A stretch of 32,213 nt of DNA from Hyphochytrium catenoides (Eukaryota; Protista; Hyphochytriomycota). The DNA lies in the NCBI GenBank assembly GCA_900088475.1, contig FLMG01004236.1, forward strand, positions 1 through 32,213, written 5' to 3'. Shown piece by piece: positions 22,793-32,213 of this stretch. Under the pieces are notes generated by a model. It was not told where the DNA came from. It saw nothing but the letters and a program-made list of their open reading frames with translations, and did not search any database. The position numbers were made by a program, and so were the translations under genes. Each line of letters starts with the position of its first letter. Within the stretch, counting starts at the first letter, position 1.

Positions 22793-24409
22793 AATTGTTA
22801 TCGTTGATAAAAGTACCGCGTTACTTTCCGTGCAGGATCGGAGTAGGAGGCTGTGACAACTGGAGAGAAGATTGCTGAATGACAGAAGTGGGCAGCAAGG
22901 AGGAGATCCTCGAAGCGGGCAGCAGACTCTCTAGAGAGAAAGCAAGGCCCTGTCGTCCCAAACAATCTGTTCCTCTTTCTAAGAAAGAAGGTTAAGGGAG
23001 ATGCCGGTAGAGGGGTTGAGGGTGGGAGGAGAGCAGTGCTAATAAAGATTGTGGTTGAGAGGGCGGGAGACGTAGCGAGAATAACTACGGGAAAAGAAAG
23101 GAAGAAGACTACGCCACAACGCCGAGAGAAAGAAGAAAACCTTATAGAAGTATCTTCAACCTCTAGTTCCGGCTAAACTGCTTGAAGTCGTCCACAAGTG
23201 TGATTGATAAAGCATCGGATGGGAATGATTATTAATTAGCCTTTTATAGCAGACGAGCCTACCAATGGCATCTTTCAAGGAGAGAGGAAGTACAAAGAAG
23301 GGATAGAAGGATGTTTCGATGAGAAGAGAGAGCACGGGCCGACTTCAAGAAGTAATACTATCAGAATAAAAGAGGTGATGCACTTGAAAACAGCGTGTTC
23401 GAATCGGTTCTGAGAGAAAGGTAGTCACGACGTCAGCCAAATGCATTCCCCGTTTCTTATAGTTCCTGAGGGAGATATACTCTACTAGCGACGGAGCCCT
23501 GGTTAGTAGCAGTCTCTCATTTACTATTACAAGGCCATAGCTTACCTATATTAGAAAGTTCTCAAATACCATTTGACGACGTCATCCAAATGGATTTGAC
23601 CCTGATTATTAGTTCTATTATAGCTTAGACATGCTTACTAATAAAAAATTATCTTTACCAAAAGAACTACCAGATCATCTTCACTACTACAGTACTACTG
23701 CCGCTATCTTATGTGATTAGAATGCTCCATAGTGCTTCTTCTTCTTCTTCCTGTTCCGTTCAGTGCTCTCCTTTATTACAGAAGGACTCCATCCTCCTTC
23801 ACAGAACAAACATTATGATATAGGAATAAAAACGAAAGAACACTTGAAGAGAGAATCACCGAAGAACCTGTGGTCTCGGTCCTTATTACACCGGGGCATT
23901 ATTTTGGATCCTTATTCCATTGTGAAAAGCCTGCCTTTTAAAAGGTTCGAGCTGAGATGATGGAAGAGCCTAAGGCTTCTTAGCTTTTCTTCTCTTCTTC
24001 TTCCTCTTCTTCTTCTCTTTCTTCTTCTTCTAGAATTAGTCTGTTATTAGTAGCGATAGTAGTAACACACTCTCTACTAATTTTCTTAAAATAGTAAAAA
24101 CAAGAAGAAGTGGACGAGTATACTACTGTTTTGCTGTCTGTTGAACTGCTAGAATTCTTAGGGTTCACTGTTATTTGTCCTCCTTCGTGTCCCATTCTTC
24201 TTCAGCTTTCGAGTCCTTCTCTTTGAACCAGCCTCCACTTTCCTTCAGCCTTCAGTTTCTAGCCCTTTGGCAGTTAGCTCTTTCTCTTTCCTTCAGCTTT
24301 CACCTTGTTCTGCCATTTGTTTTATAACTTGCCTAGTTCCTCCGTTGTCCCTGAGTCGTCAATTTTGCTTAGTTTTGAAGCCTTCACGTTCCGCTCTTTG
24401 GCAGGCTTA

Positions 24410-24887
24410 CCCTAACCCTAACCCTGGGTCGCCAATTTTGCGGCCACATTGCTACAATAACACTGCAGACAGCAGCAGCAGCAGCCACAATAATCGAAGC
24501 AGCAGCATTTTGGATGAAGAGGAAAGGAGAAACTCCACTAATACTTAATCATTAGGCTACTAACAATGAAGCTAGCTAGCAAAGAAAGCAAGAGCGAGCC
24601 TAACAGACCAGGAGCAGAGCTCGTTTTTTGAGAGAGGGGGAGAGGGTGAGAAAGAGGAGTGGAGAAAGAGAGAGAGTGGGAGGAGAGAGAAAAGAGAGAA
24701 TGAAAAGGTGAGAGGGGAGAGAGAAAGAGGGAGAGGAAGAGAGAGAGGTTGAGAGAGAGAAAGAAGAAAAAAAAGAAAGAGGGCAGACGTCGACAAAGCG
24801 CTGCTGTGCAAGCATCCAAAAGGCAGTGGCCGCCACAATCATAAGTAGTGCTTGCAACCTCGCTCCTGTTCCTGCTTAGGGTTAGGG
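24410..24887. repeat. Short telomere-like motifs: CCCTAACCCTAACCCT (24410-24425) and TTAGGGTTAGGG (24876-24887), plus a short (CAG)n at ~24470
   Basis: Directly visible, but only 2-3 units each. Confidence 0.55.
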
Positions 24888-25189
24888 CTAGGAGAGAGAG
24901 AGAGAGAGAAAGAAGAGGGAGAGAGGCAGAGAAGTGCGAGAAAGAGAGAGGCAGGAGCGTGTGAGACAGTATCAGAGAGGAGAGAGCGATACAGAGAAGA
25001 AAGATAAAGAAATCAGAAGGCGGCGAGAAAAGAAGAGGACTTAGCAAGATGGGACTGGGGAGATGAGGAGAAGAGGCACAGACCTTGTGATGTTTCTGGT
25101 CACTAAAGGGCCACATTTGACTCCTCGCTCCTTTCTTTTAGCCCGCTAGCTCTTGTTGGTGGGACGGGCAGTGTCGGGTGGCGTACTTA

Positions 25190-25990
25190 GGAGCAATAAG
25201 GCGAGATGAGGCATTTCTTTCTGAGAAGGGCAAACTCCTGGTGCTGCGGTGGTTCTAACGCCGGCGGCTTTCCAGCGAATTTATGTCCTCCCCTCTTCTT
25301 TCTCTCTCTTTTCTTCCTCCTGCTGCTCGTACGTATTGCTATCGAGGTCCACCTCTTCTTCTTCCTAGGCTTCTTGGTGCTTGCTTTCTAAGGCCTCCTC
25401 TGCGCACTTTATTGTATGGGTCTCCTGCTAGTCTACTTTTAATAGAGATGGAGCTATTGTACAGCATACACGGAAAAGCGTAGCTTATCAATAGTTACCA
25501 CCCCCAACTCCTCTTCTTCATGCAGCCAATAGAGTTTTCATCTAAAACTGCCTCATCAGTTTATCCCTTTCCGAAACACCGCCGCATCAGCTTTGCAGCC
25601 CATTACATCTTTTGCATTCTCCCTCTTCCAATAATCATTTCTTCTAAGTCTAAGAATCAGCCTCAATAAAGCTGTTTCGGGTAGCCTTCCGCCCGCTTTC
25701 TGGTTGTCCTCTCCTCTTCTTTGTTGCCCTCTTCTCTTCTAGCTCCCCAAATAACATCTCCTCTATGAACGTACATTCTCTCTCTTCCTCTTGGTTACTT
25801 TCCACCATCGACCGTGTGTCGTCCTGCCTGCTGCCGTCGACGATGAAACGAGCAGTAGTCAACCCTGAGTAGAATTTGAAGGCGGGCCTGCCCTTGTTCT
25901 CAAGCAGGTTCATCCTATGGGCCCTGACGGTGTACCGCTGCCCTTTTACTGCCCAGCTGCGATGGCAGGCTACCGTCTTCGAGTGGGACA
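25190..25990 (-). pseudogene. Degenerate coding-like segment, unknown product
   Basis: A protein-like frame (HRSWAVKGQRYTVRAHRMNLLENKGRPAFKFYSGL...; EEEEVDLDSNTYEQQEEE) is broken by many stops. Confidence 0.25.
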
Positions 25991-26337
25991 TACACACAGA
26001 AAAAAAAAACTCTTCACATAGCCGAGCTCTATAGAAAGGAGAGAGGCACAAGTCACCGTAGACAGAAGCGACAGGAGTGAAAGGGAACAGACAGAGCCAA
26101 GAAGTGGACGGAGACTGGGGGGAGGTGACAAGGAGGTAGACACTACGACTGTCTCTGCTGTCATTGTAAGGATTGTTGCCTCTGTGGAATCGACTCTCCC
26201 TTGCCTTCTGTTTACCTTTCTTGCCCCCCCCCCTTCGAGTCTCATCTCTTGGAAAAACGGAACATCACTTCCCGCTCAATCCGCAACCACTGTCGGGCCA
26301 CAAGGTGGGGAGAGAAGGGAAGAGGAACTGGATAGTG

Positions 26338-26381
26338 AGGCGCAGTAGAGGTCATTAGAAGGCGCAGCAGAGGTCATTAGA
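26338..26381. repeat. 22-bp tandem duplication AGGCGCAG(T/C)AGAGGTCATTAGA x2
   Basis: Directly visible, 1 mismatch. A further ~67-bp GA-rich imperfect duplication follows at ~26471-26600. Confidence 0.85.
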
Positions 26382-27091
26382 AGAAGGACGTCAGATAGTA
26401 TGGCCGGGAGCTGAGGGAGGGAATTAGACAGACTGAGGCAGGAGGAATGTCCTTAGCCGTGTGAGAGGAAGTATAGATGGGAGAGAGTGGGAAGGACGAA
26501 GAAAGAGAGAGAAAGGGGAAGTAGAGAGAGAGAGAGGTATAGATGGGAGAGAGAGGGAGGGCGAAGAAAGGAGAGAGAAAGGGGAAGGAGAGAGAGAGAG
26601 GTAGAGAGAGAGGAAGGGACTCTAGAGGGACTATATGGCAGGAGGAAAGCTCAATAGAGCCGTCTTGGACAACTGTCTTTTTCGAGCGGTAAGCCGTCGA
26701 GGACGACCTTCTTAATTCAGCACCCTCTTATCGATTACTCTTGATTGCCCATCCTCTATTGTCTTCCTGTTTCAATTTGCACTGTGCCGTATCTCTCTCG
26801 CCTTCAGCACCTCATCTAGATCCCTTAACAGTCTTGCTCTCCCTCTTTCTCTCTTTCTGTTTGTTTTCCTTCATATTTTCTGCGGGTAACTCTCCATCTC
26901 TCTCTCTCTCTCTCTGTTTCTCCCCTTTTTCTCTTCTCTCGTGCGTCCTCCTGTTTCTGGTCGGTCAAACGTTTGGTCTGCACGAAGCTCTCTCTCTCTC
27001 TTCCTGTCCAGTAATCCTCTATCCCCTTAGTCTCTCTGGCTTTGGTACGCCTTCTGGGCCGTCCTCTATACCTCCTCGAGAAGTTCCCTGC

Positions 27092-27573
27092 TGTAATATG
27101 AGAGACTGCTGCAGCTCTCGAGAGAGTGAGAGAGAGAAGGTGCTCTGTCTGTACTTGGCTGGCCAGGCCGCAGTTCAGACAAGCACCACGCAGAGGAAGA
27201 CTTTGCGGGAACACACGCAAGTAGCAAAGGGTCTTCTACTTCAGAAAGAAGTTTATTAACTGAGATATAGAGGGTAATAACAGGGAGTCTCCCTGGCGAG
27301 AGAGTCAGTCTATCTGAGAATGCAAAGTTAAAAGAGTAACATGCAAGAGAAGTAGTGTCAACAGGCTATTCTAATAACATGCAAAGAGGAAGAGAGAAGA
27401 AAGGGAAAAGGAAGAGAGCATCCTTCGTCAGCCATTTGTTGCTGACTCTAGTCGGCACTACCCGCCCTGAGAGTCGTCTCAAAGAGGAGAGGTCATATCC
27501 CATACACCGGTCGATCCGTGTCCAATACGCAATCAGGTGGCTAGCAGCCGTCAGAAGAGACATACATATAATA
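27092..27573 (-). repeat. Putative 3' LTR of the gypsy element (~482 bp)
   Basis: It begins immediately after the PPT. The ends form a 7/9 inverted repeat (TATTATATG...CATATTACA on the - strand, with a probable TG>TA mutation). AATAAA lies on the - strand at ~27252-27257. No second copy is in the window. Confidence 0.65.
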
Positions 27574-27585
27574 TCCTTCCCCTTT
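27574..27585 (-). other. Polypurine tract (AAAGGGGAAGGA)
   Basis: Purine run between the pol stop and the inferred LTR. Confidence 0.75.
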
Positions 27586-27614
27586 GAAAATCTTGGCTCA
27601 GTGAAGAAGCTTGA

Positions 27615-30600
27615 CTATCGTGCCCGCTGCCTAAACTTTCCGTCAGGTGCCGCTTTTTGCTCTCGTCGAGGCGGCGGAGTGGTGGTCGCGCTCTTCGACT
27701 TGGCGTTGAAAGCATCTGTCAATGCTTTCCCTACATCGTACTCAGGCACCCAAGAGGCCTCCGCCAGGTCGAAACCTTTCCATTTGACCAGGTACTCCAC
27801 GCCGGTCCTAGTGAGACTTATGTCCAACAGCTCTTCTGCATCGTACACTAGGGCTTGGGTGGCGGGCTCCACTACCGGAGATGGGGTTGGAGGCGTTCGA
27901 GAAGCAAACTCCTTCGGGTTCGCGTGATGGTGGGGCTCCAACAGGCTGACATAAAAGTCTGGGTGTTGTCTCGCCATCGCCGGAGGCAAATCCAATGTGT
28001 ATGTATCAAACTCCGTAGCTGCTATCACCTTGTAGGTTTCACTGTACCGCGACAGCAGCTTCGTTTTGGGCCGAAGCCGATCCACTTCGTCCGGATAAAA
28101 GGCGATAGCTAACATGACCTTGTTTCCCACCTTGAACTCCAATACCGTGCGGTGCGGGTTGTGAAGCGCCTCCATGATCCCGGCTAGCGTCCAGACGGTC
28201 CTGAGCGACGAGGAGTGATACTCTAATGTTCTCGAGCGTGTCTGCTACGCCCAAGGGCAATCCATCCTTCTCTACCTCCTGTTGGTGAGAGTTGATTGTG
28301 ACGGCAGCGAATGCTGCCATCAGTGGTGTCACTGGTAAGTAACCGTAGGCCAAATAGAAGGAGCGAAGCCATTGGCGGCGTGCTTCCTACTATTATACGC
28401 AAACTCTATGAGGTGAAGGTCACGTTCCCAGTTCGTCATCTTGTAATCCACATAGCAGCGTAAGGCCGTCAGCAGTGCCTTATTTACGATCTCCGTCTGA
28501 CCATCAGTCTGGGGTCTGTGTGACGTAGACATGGCTAGAAAGGTGCCTAACCGTTTCTGAAGCTCGGTCCAGAATGCACTCGTGAACTTGCTGTCTCTGT
28601 CTGCGATGATGACTTGTGGGATACCATGGTGCTTCACCCCTTCCTTGAGTTAGAGTAGCGCCGCCTGCTCGGCTGTCATCTACTTCCTGCCTGGGATGAA
28701 GTGCGCGGGTTTAGTACGTTGTCAACGACTACCATCACAGCGTCAAACCCTTCTGCTGTGCGGGACAGGTCCACAATAAAATCGATCGACACCTTGTGCC
28801 ACTTGCTCGCAAGGCTGTTGATGGGATGAATGACCCCGTTCTTCGGTTCTTGCTCTTGGTTCTCGCGCAGACGATGCAAGAGTTGATGAAGCGATAAATG
28901 TCTGTGTCCATTCTGGGCCAAAAAAAGGCGCATTAACTTCTCTTGTGTCGCGTTGATTCCAGAGTGTGAGTCGTAGACGTTGTCGTGTGCCTCCACCAAG
29001 AGTTGAGTGACGAGCTCCTAGTCTGGCCGGGGAATGCGAATCCTGTCGGCTCCGCTTCCTTCTCGGAGGGCCAGAATTAAGCTTGTGTAGGACATAGCGC
29101 GAAGCGCTTGAGTTGGGCTGGAGTGACCTTAGTTTTCCTTCCAGGGCTCTTTAGCGCCGTCCAAAGCTCTTTAAAATACCCGTCCTGCTCGTAACCCTTC
29201 ATTATCCGTTCGCATAGGTCGTCTGCCACCTTCACACCCGCTTCCGAGTAGGTAACTCCTACAATGTTAAGCTCTAGCGTTGTTAAATGGTCTGGTCTCC
29301 TGCTGAGGGCATCGGCTACCACGTTGCGTGCCCCCGGAATATACCTCAGGGTCACATCGTAAGTGAGGAGAGTGTCTAACCACTTTGCTTGGCGGCGATT
29401 GAGCGTCGACTGAGACAGGAGGAATGTGAGAGAACGGTGATCCGTCCACATCTGGAAGTGCTTGTAAGATAAAAGGTGGGGACCATTCCTCTAGGCAATA
29501 CGTGATCGCTGGCAACTCCTTGTCATACACTGAGTAGGCTACCTCGTTTGAGTGGAGCTTCCTGAAAGCAAAGGCTATTGGTTGGAGACCGTCTCCTAAG
29601 TCCTGCATAATCACTCCTCCACTTGCAAAGTCGGAGGCGTCCGTGGCAACAATGAACTCCGCGTTGGGGTCTGGAATAAGGAAGACTGGGGCTTTCACCA
29701 TAGCAATCCTGAAGACTGCGTCAGCAGCAGACGCCGTCCACTTGAAGCTTTTCCGGAACTCTTCCGTCGTCAGATCAATGAGAGGGAGTGCTAGCTCTGC
29801 GTAGCGTCCGATAAACTTTCTATAAAAGCCTGTCAAGCCGAGGAACATCTTCACCTCTTTCACAGAATTGGGCGTTGGCCCGTCAACCATCGCTTTGATC
29901 TTGGCCGGGTCAGACATCACCTTACCGTCCCCAATGACGAAGCCCAGGAACTTCAGCTCTGATTGAAAGAACCTGCACTTGTCTCGGGCGCAAGTAAAGC
30001 TTGTGGTCGCTCAATCGTTGAAGAATCTCCAGGTGGCGTTGGTGCTCTTCGTGTGATTAGGGAACACGATGATATCGTCCAGGTAGATGAAGCAGTTGCC
30101 GATGTAATCTCCCAGAACATCATACATAATACGATTGAAGATGGCAGGAGCGGACTTCAGAGCCATAGGCATGACGAGCCATTCGTGCGAGCCGAACGGA
30201 GGTGTGTTGAACGCCCTTTTATGCACGTCTAGCTCCGCCACTCGCACCTGATAGTATCTCTTGGTTAGATCAATGCTGCTGAAAACCTTGTTCCCATTCA
30301 GTTTAGAGACAATGGCGCCATCGAAGGATGGCAAGGCAAAGTTAACTTCTGGCTAACTTGATTCAGCGCTCGGTAGTCCACGCAGAAGCGGAACTTACCG
30401 TTCTGCCTCACCATCAGCATTGGGGCGCCATAGGGACAGAGAGAGGGCCTGATCATGCCGTTCGCCGTTAGTTCCTTCAGCGTCTTTCGTAGTGCCTCTA
30501 ATTCTTCGGGTCCAAGTTTGTATGCAGGGCGGAAAGGCGGGTTTGATGCTGGAGTAGGGATGGTACAATCAACCACTCGCTCCAGAGGTAGCTCGGGTGG

Positions 30601-31290
30601 CAGGGTTCCTTCGGGGAAGAGAAGATGAGAGTACTTAGCGTACAGAGCCGCCACCTCCTTAGGCGCCTCATATGGCAAGTTTCGGGAAAGAACTCCTTAA
30701 ATTTGGCCATCACTTCCTTCGCTTCAGGAGAGTGCAACTCTTTTACTCTTGCATCCTCCTCATCGGGGCGCATGGTAAAAAGAAATAGCTCCCGCTCCTC
30801 GTCGCGGTCCAGCAGATTACTCAGCTGGGTGAAGGACATCACATTGCTAGAAGAGTCGTAACGGTCTACCCCTTTGACCATACGTCCCTTGATCGTGAGT
30901 GATATCCTTTCGCAGTCCAGAGTAACACGTTATCCTCAGCCAATTCATGCTGCCAAGTATGATCGGGAAAGAGGTCTTCGCGGCTACCGCGAACGTAGTA
31001 GGAGATATACAATGCTCGCTGCCTGGAGCACCTCCCACTCGGAAGCGTACTGAGACTTCAACCTCGGCCCGCTGGTCTAGCGTAAAAGTCTCACCAGAAC
31101 CCACCATCGCTCTCCTTGGCGACACCTTCCCCACTGGCATCGAGAAACAACCTTGCTGTCGCCACCTCCATGTAGCTTGTCGAGCTCCCAGAGTCCACCA
31201 TAGCCGCCCGTTGAGCTGGACCGTGATGAATAGCAGCTCCCTAGAGTCAAAAGGTGGTGATTCCGCGGAGGAACTAGATGGTAGAGCATT
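27615..31290 (-). pseudogene. pol: Gypsy pol polyprotein with multiple frameshifts
   Basis: Protease: AMVDSGSSTSY (~31171-31204). RT: PYGAP, RFCVDYRALN, SIDL..YYQVRV, VMPM.LK.APA.F, YLDDII. RNase H: VATDAS, YDKEL, TDHRSL, NVVADALSR. Integrase: SIDFIVDL, IADRDSKFTSAFW, HRPQTDGQTE. Chromodomain: YDAEELLD...EYLVKWKGFDLAEASWVPE. Confidence 0.95.
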
Positions 31291-31387
31291 ATGTAGGTTA
31301 CTTATACGCCTGCAGAGGTTAGGGGATGGGTCATCTCCCTGTAACGGACGAGGGACAAAGACGCTGCCTATCCAACCTGTGTTGTCA

Positions 31388-31469
31388 NNNNNNNNNNNNN
31401 NNNNNNNNNNNNNNNNNNNNNNNNNNNNNNNNNNNNNNNNNNNNNNNNNNNNNNNNNNNNNNNNNNNNN
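31388..31469. other. Assembly gap
   Basis: Run of N. Confidence 1.
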
Positions 31470-31520
31470 TACTCTCTCGAGGCAATGATGTCAACAGTCA
31501 TGGAGATGAGTGTAGGACTC

Positions 31521-31672
31521 TGTTAGCAGAGATAGCTTAGCGATAATCTTTCTAACAGAGCTCAGTTGAGAAAACGCAATTCATCGTGCAAGTGCTCTTT
31601 CCATAGCAGTGACTAACGAGAACATCTCTGTGCCACTCAGCCCAAGACTCAACTCTGTTCTCTTTATCAACA
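31521..31672 (+). repeat. Putative 5' LTR of the copia element (152 bp)
   Basis: Starts TGTTAG and ends TCAACA, 3 nt before the PBS-like motif. The left boundary is inferred from the terminal motif only. Confidence 0.65.
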
Positions 31673-31675
31673 AAA

Positions 31676-31688
31676 GGTTCTGGACCCG
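31676..31688 (+). other. Primer-binding-site-like motif GGTTCTGGACCCG
   Basis: 10/12 match to the copia-type GGTTATGGGCCC PBS (complementary to the initiator tRNA-Met anticodon arm), in the expected position. Confidence 0.6.
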
Positions 31689-31725
31689 CTGAACTTGCAG
31701 GAGTTAGTCACTGAAACACTGAAGC

Positions 31726-32213
31726 ATGGCTGCGCAAACGACCATGGAGCATACCTTGCCAACTGCAAGCATCCCCAAGCTCACCGGGACGAACTTCCGC
31801 ATCTGGAGGGAGCTGGTTATGCTCGCGCTGAAGCAGAGGAGGCTGTGGACTGTAGTCTGTGATGACGGAGACCGCGAACAACCTCCATCAACGACGAAGG
31901 AGGCAGCAAAAGAGCTGGCCGACTGGAGGCGAAGAAGTGATGCAGCGCAGGGCGTCATTCTCTCCACCCTTACCCCTGAAATCTTCTCTGATGTCATCGG
32001 AGTGAAGACAGCGCCGGAGGTATGGGATATACTCAAGCAGGAGTATGGGAAACTTCGCCCAGCAGAAGCGATGAGGATCAGAGACGATCTTCAGAACATC
32101 AAGAAGCGCAAGAACGAGACCATCCATCAGTACATCGCCCGAGCAAAAGAAATGATGCGAAGGCTTCTAGATGGTGAAGAGAAGATTGATGAAAGCACGG
32201 TGGTGAACTACGT
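31726..32213 (+). CDS. gag: Copia-type gag(-pol), N-terminal part (UBN2/Retrotran_gag_2-like); missing from the ORF track because it has no stop in the window
   Basis: MAAQTTMEHTLPTASIPKLTGTNFRIWRELVMLALKQRRLWTVV...WRRRSDAAQGVILSTL...KTAPEVWDILKQEY...ETIHQYIAR shows the typical copia gag motifs (L.G.NF..W, A.EVW..L) and is uninterrupted. Confidence 0.92.
   Translation, partial: MAAQTTMEHTLPTASIPKLTGTNFRIWRELVMLALKQRRLWTVVCDDGDREQPPSTTKEAAKELADWRRRSDAAQGVILSTLTPEIFSDVIGVKTAPEVWDILKQEYGKLRPAEAMRIRDDLQNIKKRKNETIHQYIARAKEMMRRLLDGEEKIDESTVVNY

Larger units (their letters stand above)
27092..31387 (-). mobile_element. Ty3/gypsy LTR retrotransposon, chromovirus type, degenerate; 5' part (gag, 5' LTR) not seen
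   Basis: Domain order is PR-RT-RNaseH-IN-chromodomain, followed by PPT and 3' LTR. Confidence 0.95.
31521..32213 (+). mobile_element. Ty1/copia LTR retrotransposon, 5' end (runs off window)
   Basis: TGTT...AACA LTR, PBS-like GGTTCTGGACCC, then an open gag ORF. Confidence 0.88.

Noticed and set aside
14594-31290. Alternative genetic code or programmed frameshifting/editing to explain the in-frame stops
   Set aside because: The lesions include frameshifts and multi-codon deletions. Intact genes end normally at TAA/TAG and contain no internal stops, so ordinary decay explains the pattern.
27355-31540. Plus-strand ORFs over the gypsy element, and minus-strand ORFs 31704-32127 over the copia gag
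   Set aside because: They are antisense to well-supported retroelement coding frames.

Overview
This is a eukaryotic genomic window with GT-AG introns, abundant (GA)n/(CT)n microsatellites and three N gaps. The host may be a stramenopile, an inference from LRG/RxL-type propeptide motifs in the secreted proteins. Apparently intact genes are an intronless secreted mucin-like protein with ~40 TEAATEPA repeats (6098-7390 +), a 3-exon bacterial-type small membrane protein resembling DUF2892/YgaP (13352-14497 +), and a small secreted Ser/Ala/Gly-rich protein with a Cys-rich tail (22328-22792 -). Two peptidase loci are convergent: a frameshifted, apparently intronless M28 leucyl aminopeptidase pseudogene (+) and a multi-exon prolyl-oligopeptidase (S9A)-like gene whose catalytic motifs are degenerate (-). 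The right end holds a decayed chromodomain-bearing Ty3/gypsy retrotransposon (-) with PPT and 3' LTR, next to the 5' end (LTR, PBS, open gag) of a Ty1/copia element in opposite orientation. Several unidentified degenerate ORFs and a ~155-bp inverted repeat lie between. Most short ORFs in the track are microsatellite or antisense artefacts. All family assignments come from motif recognition by eye, with no database search.
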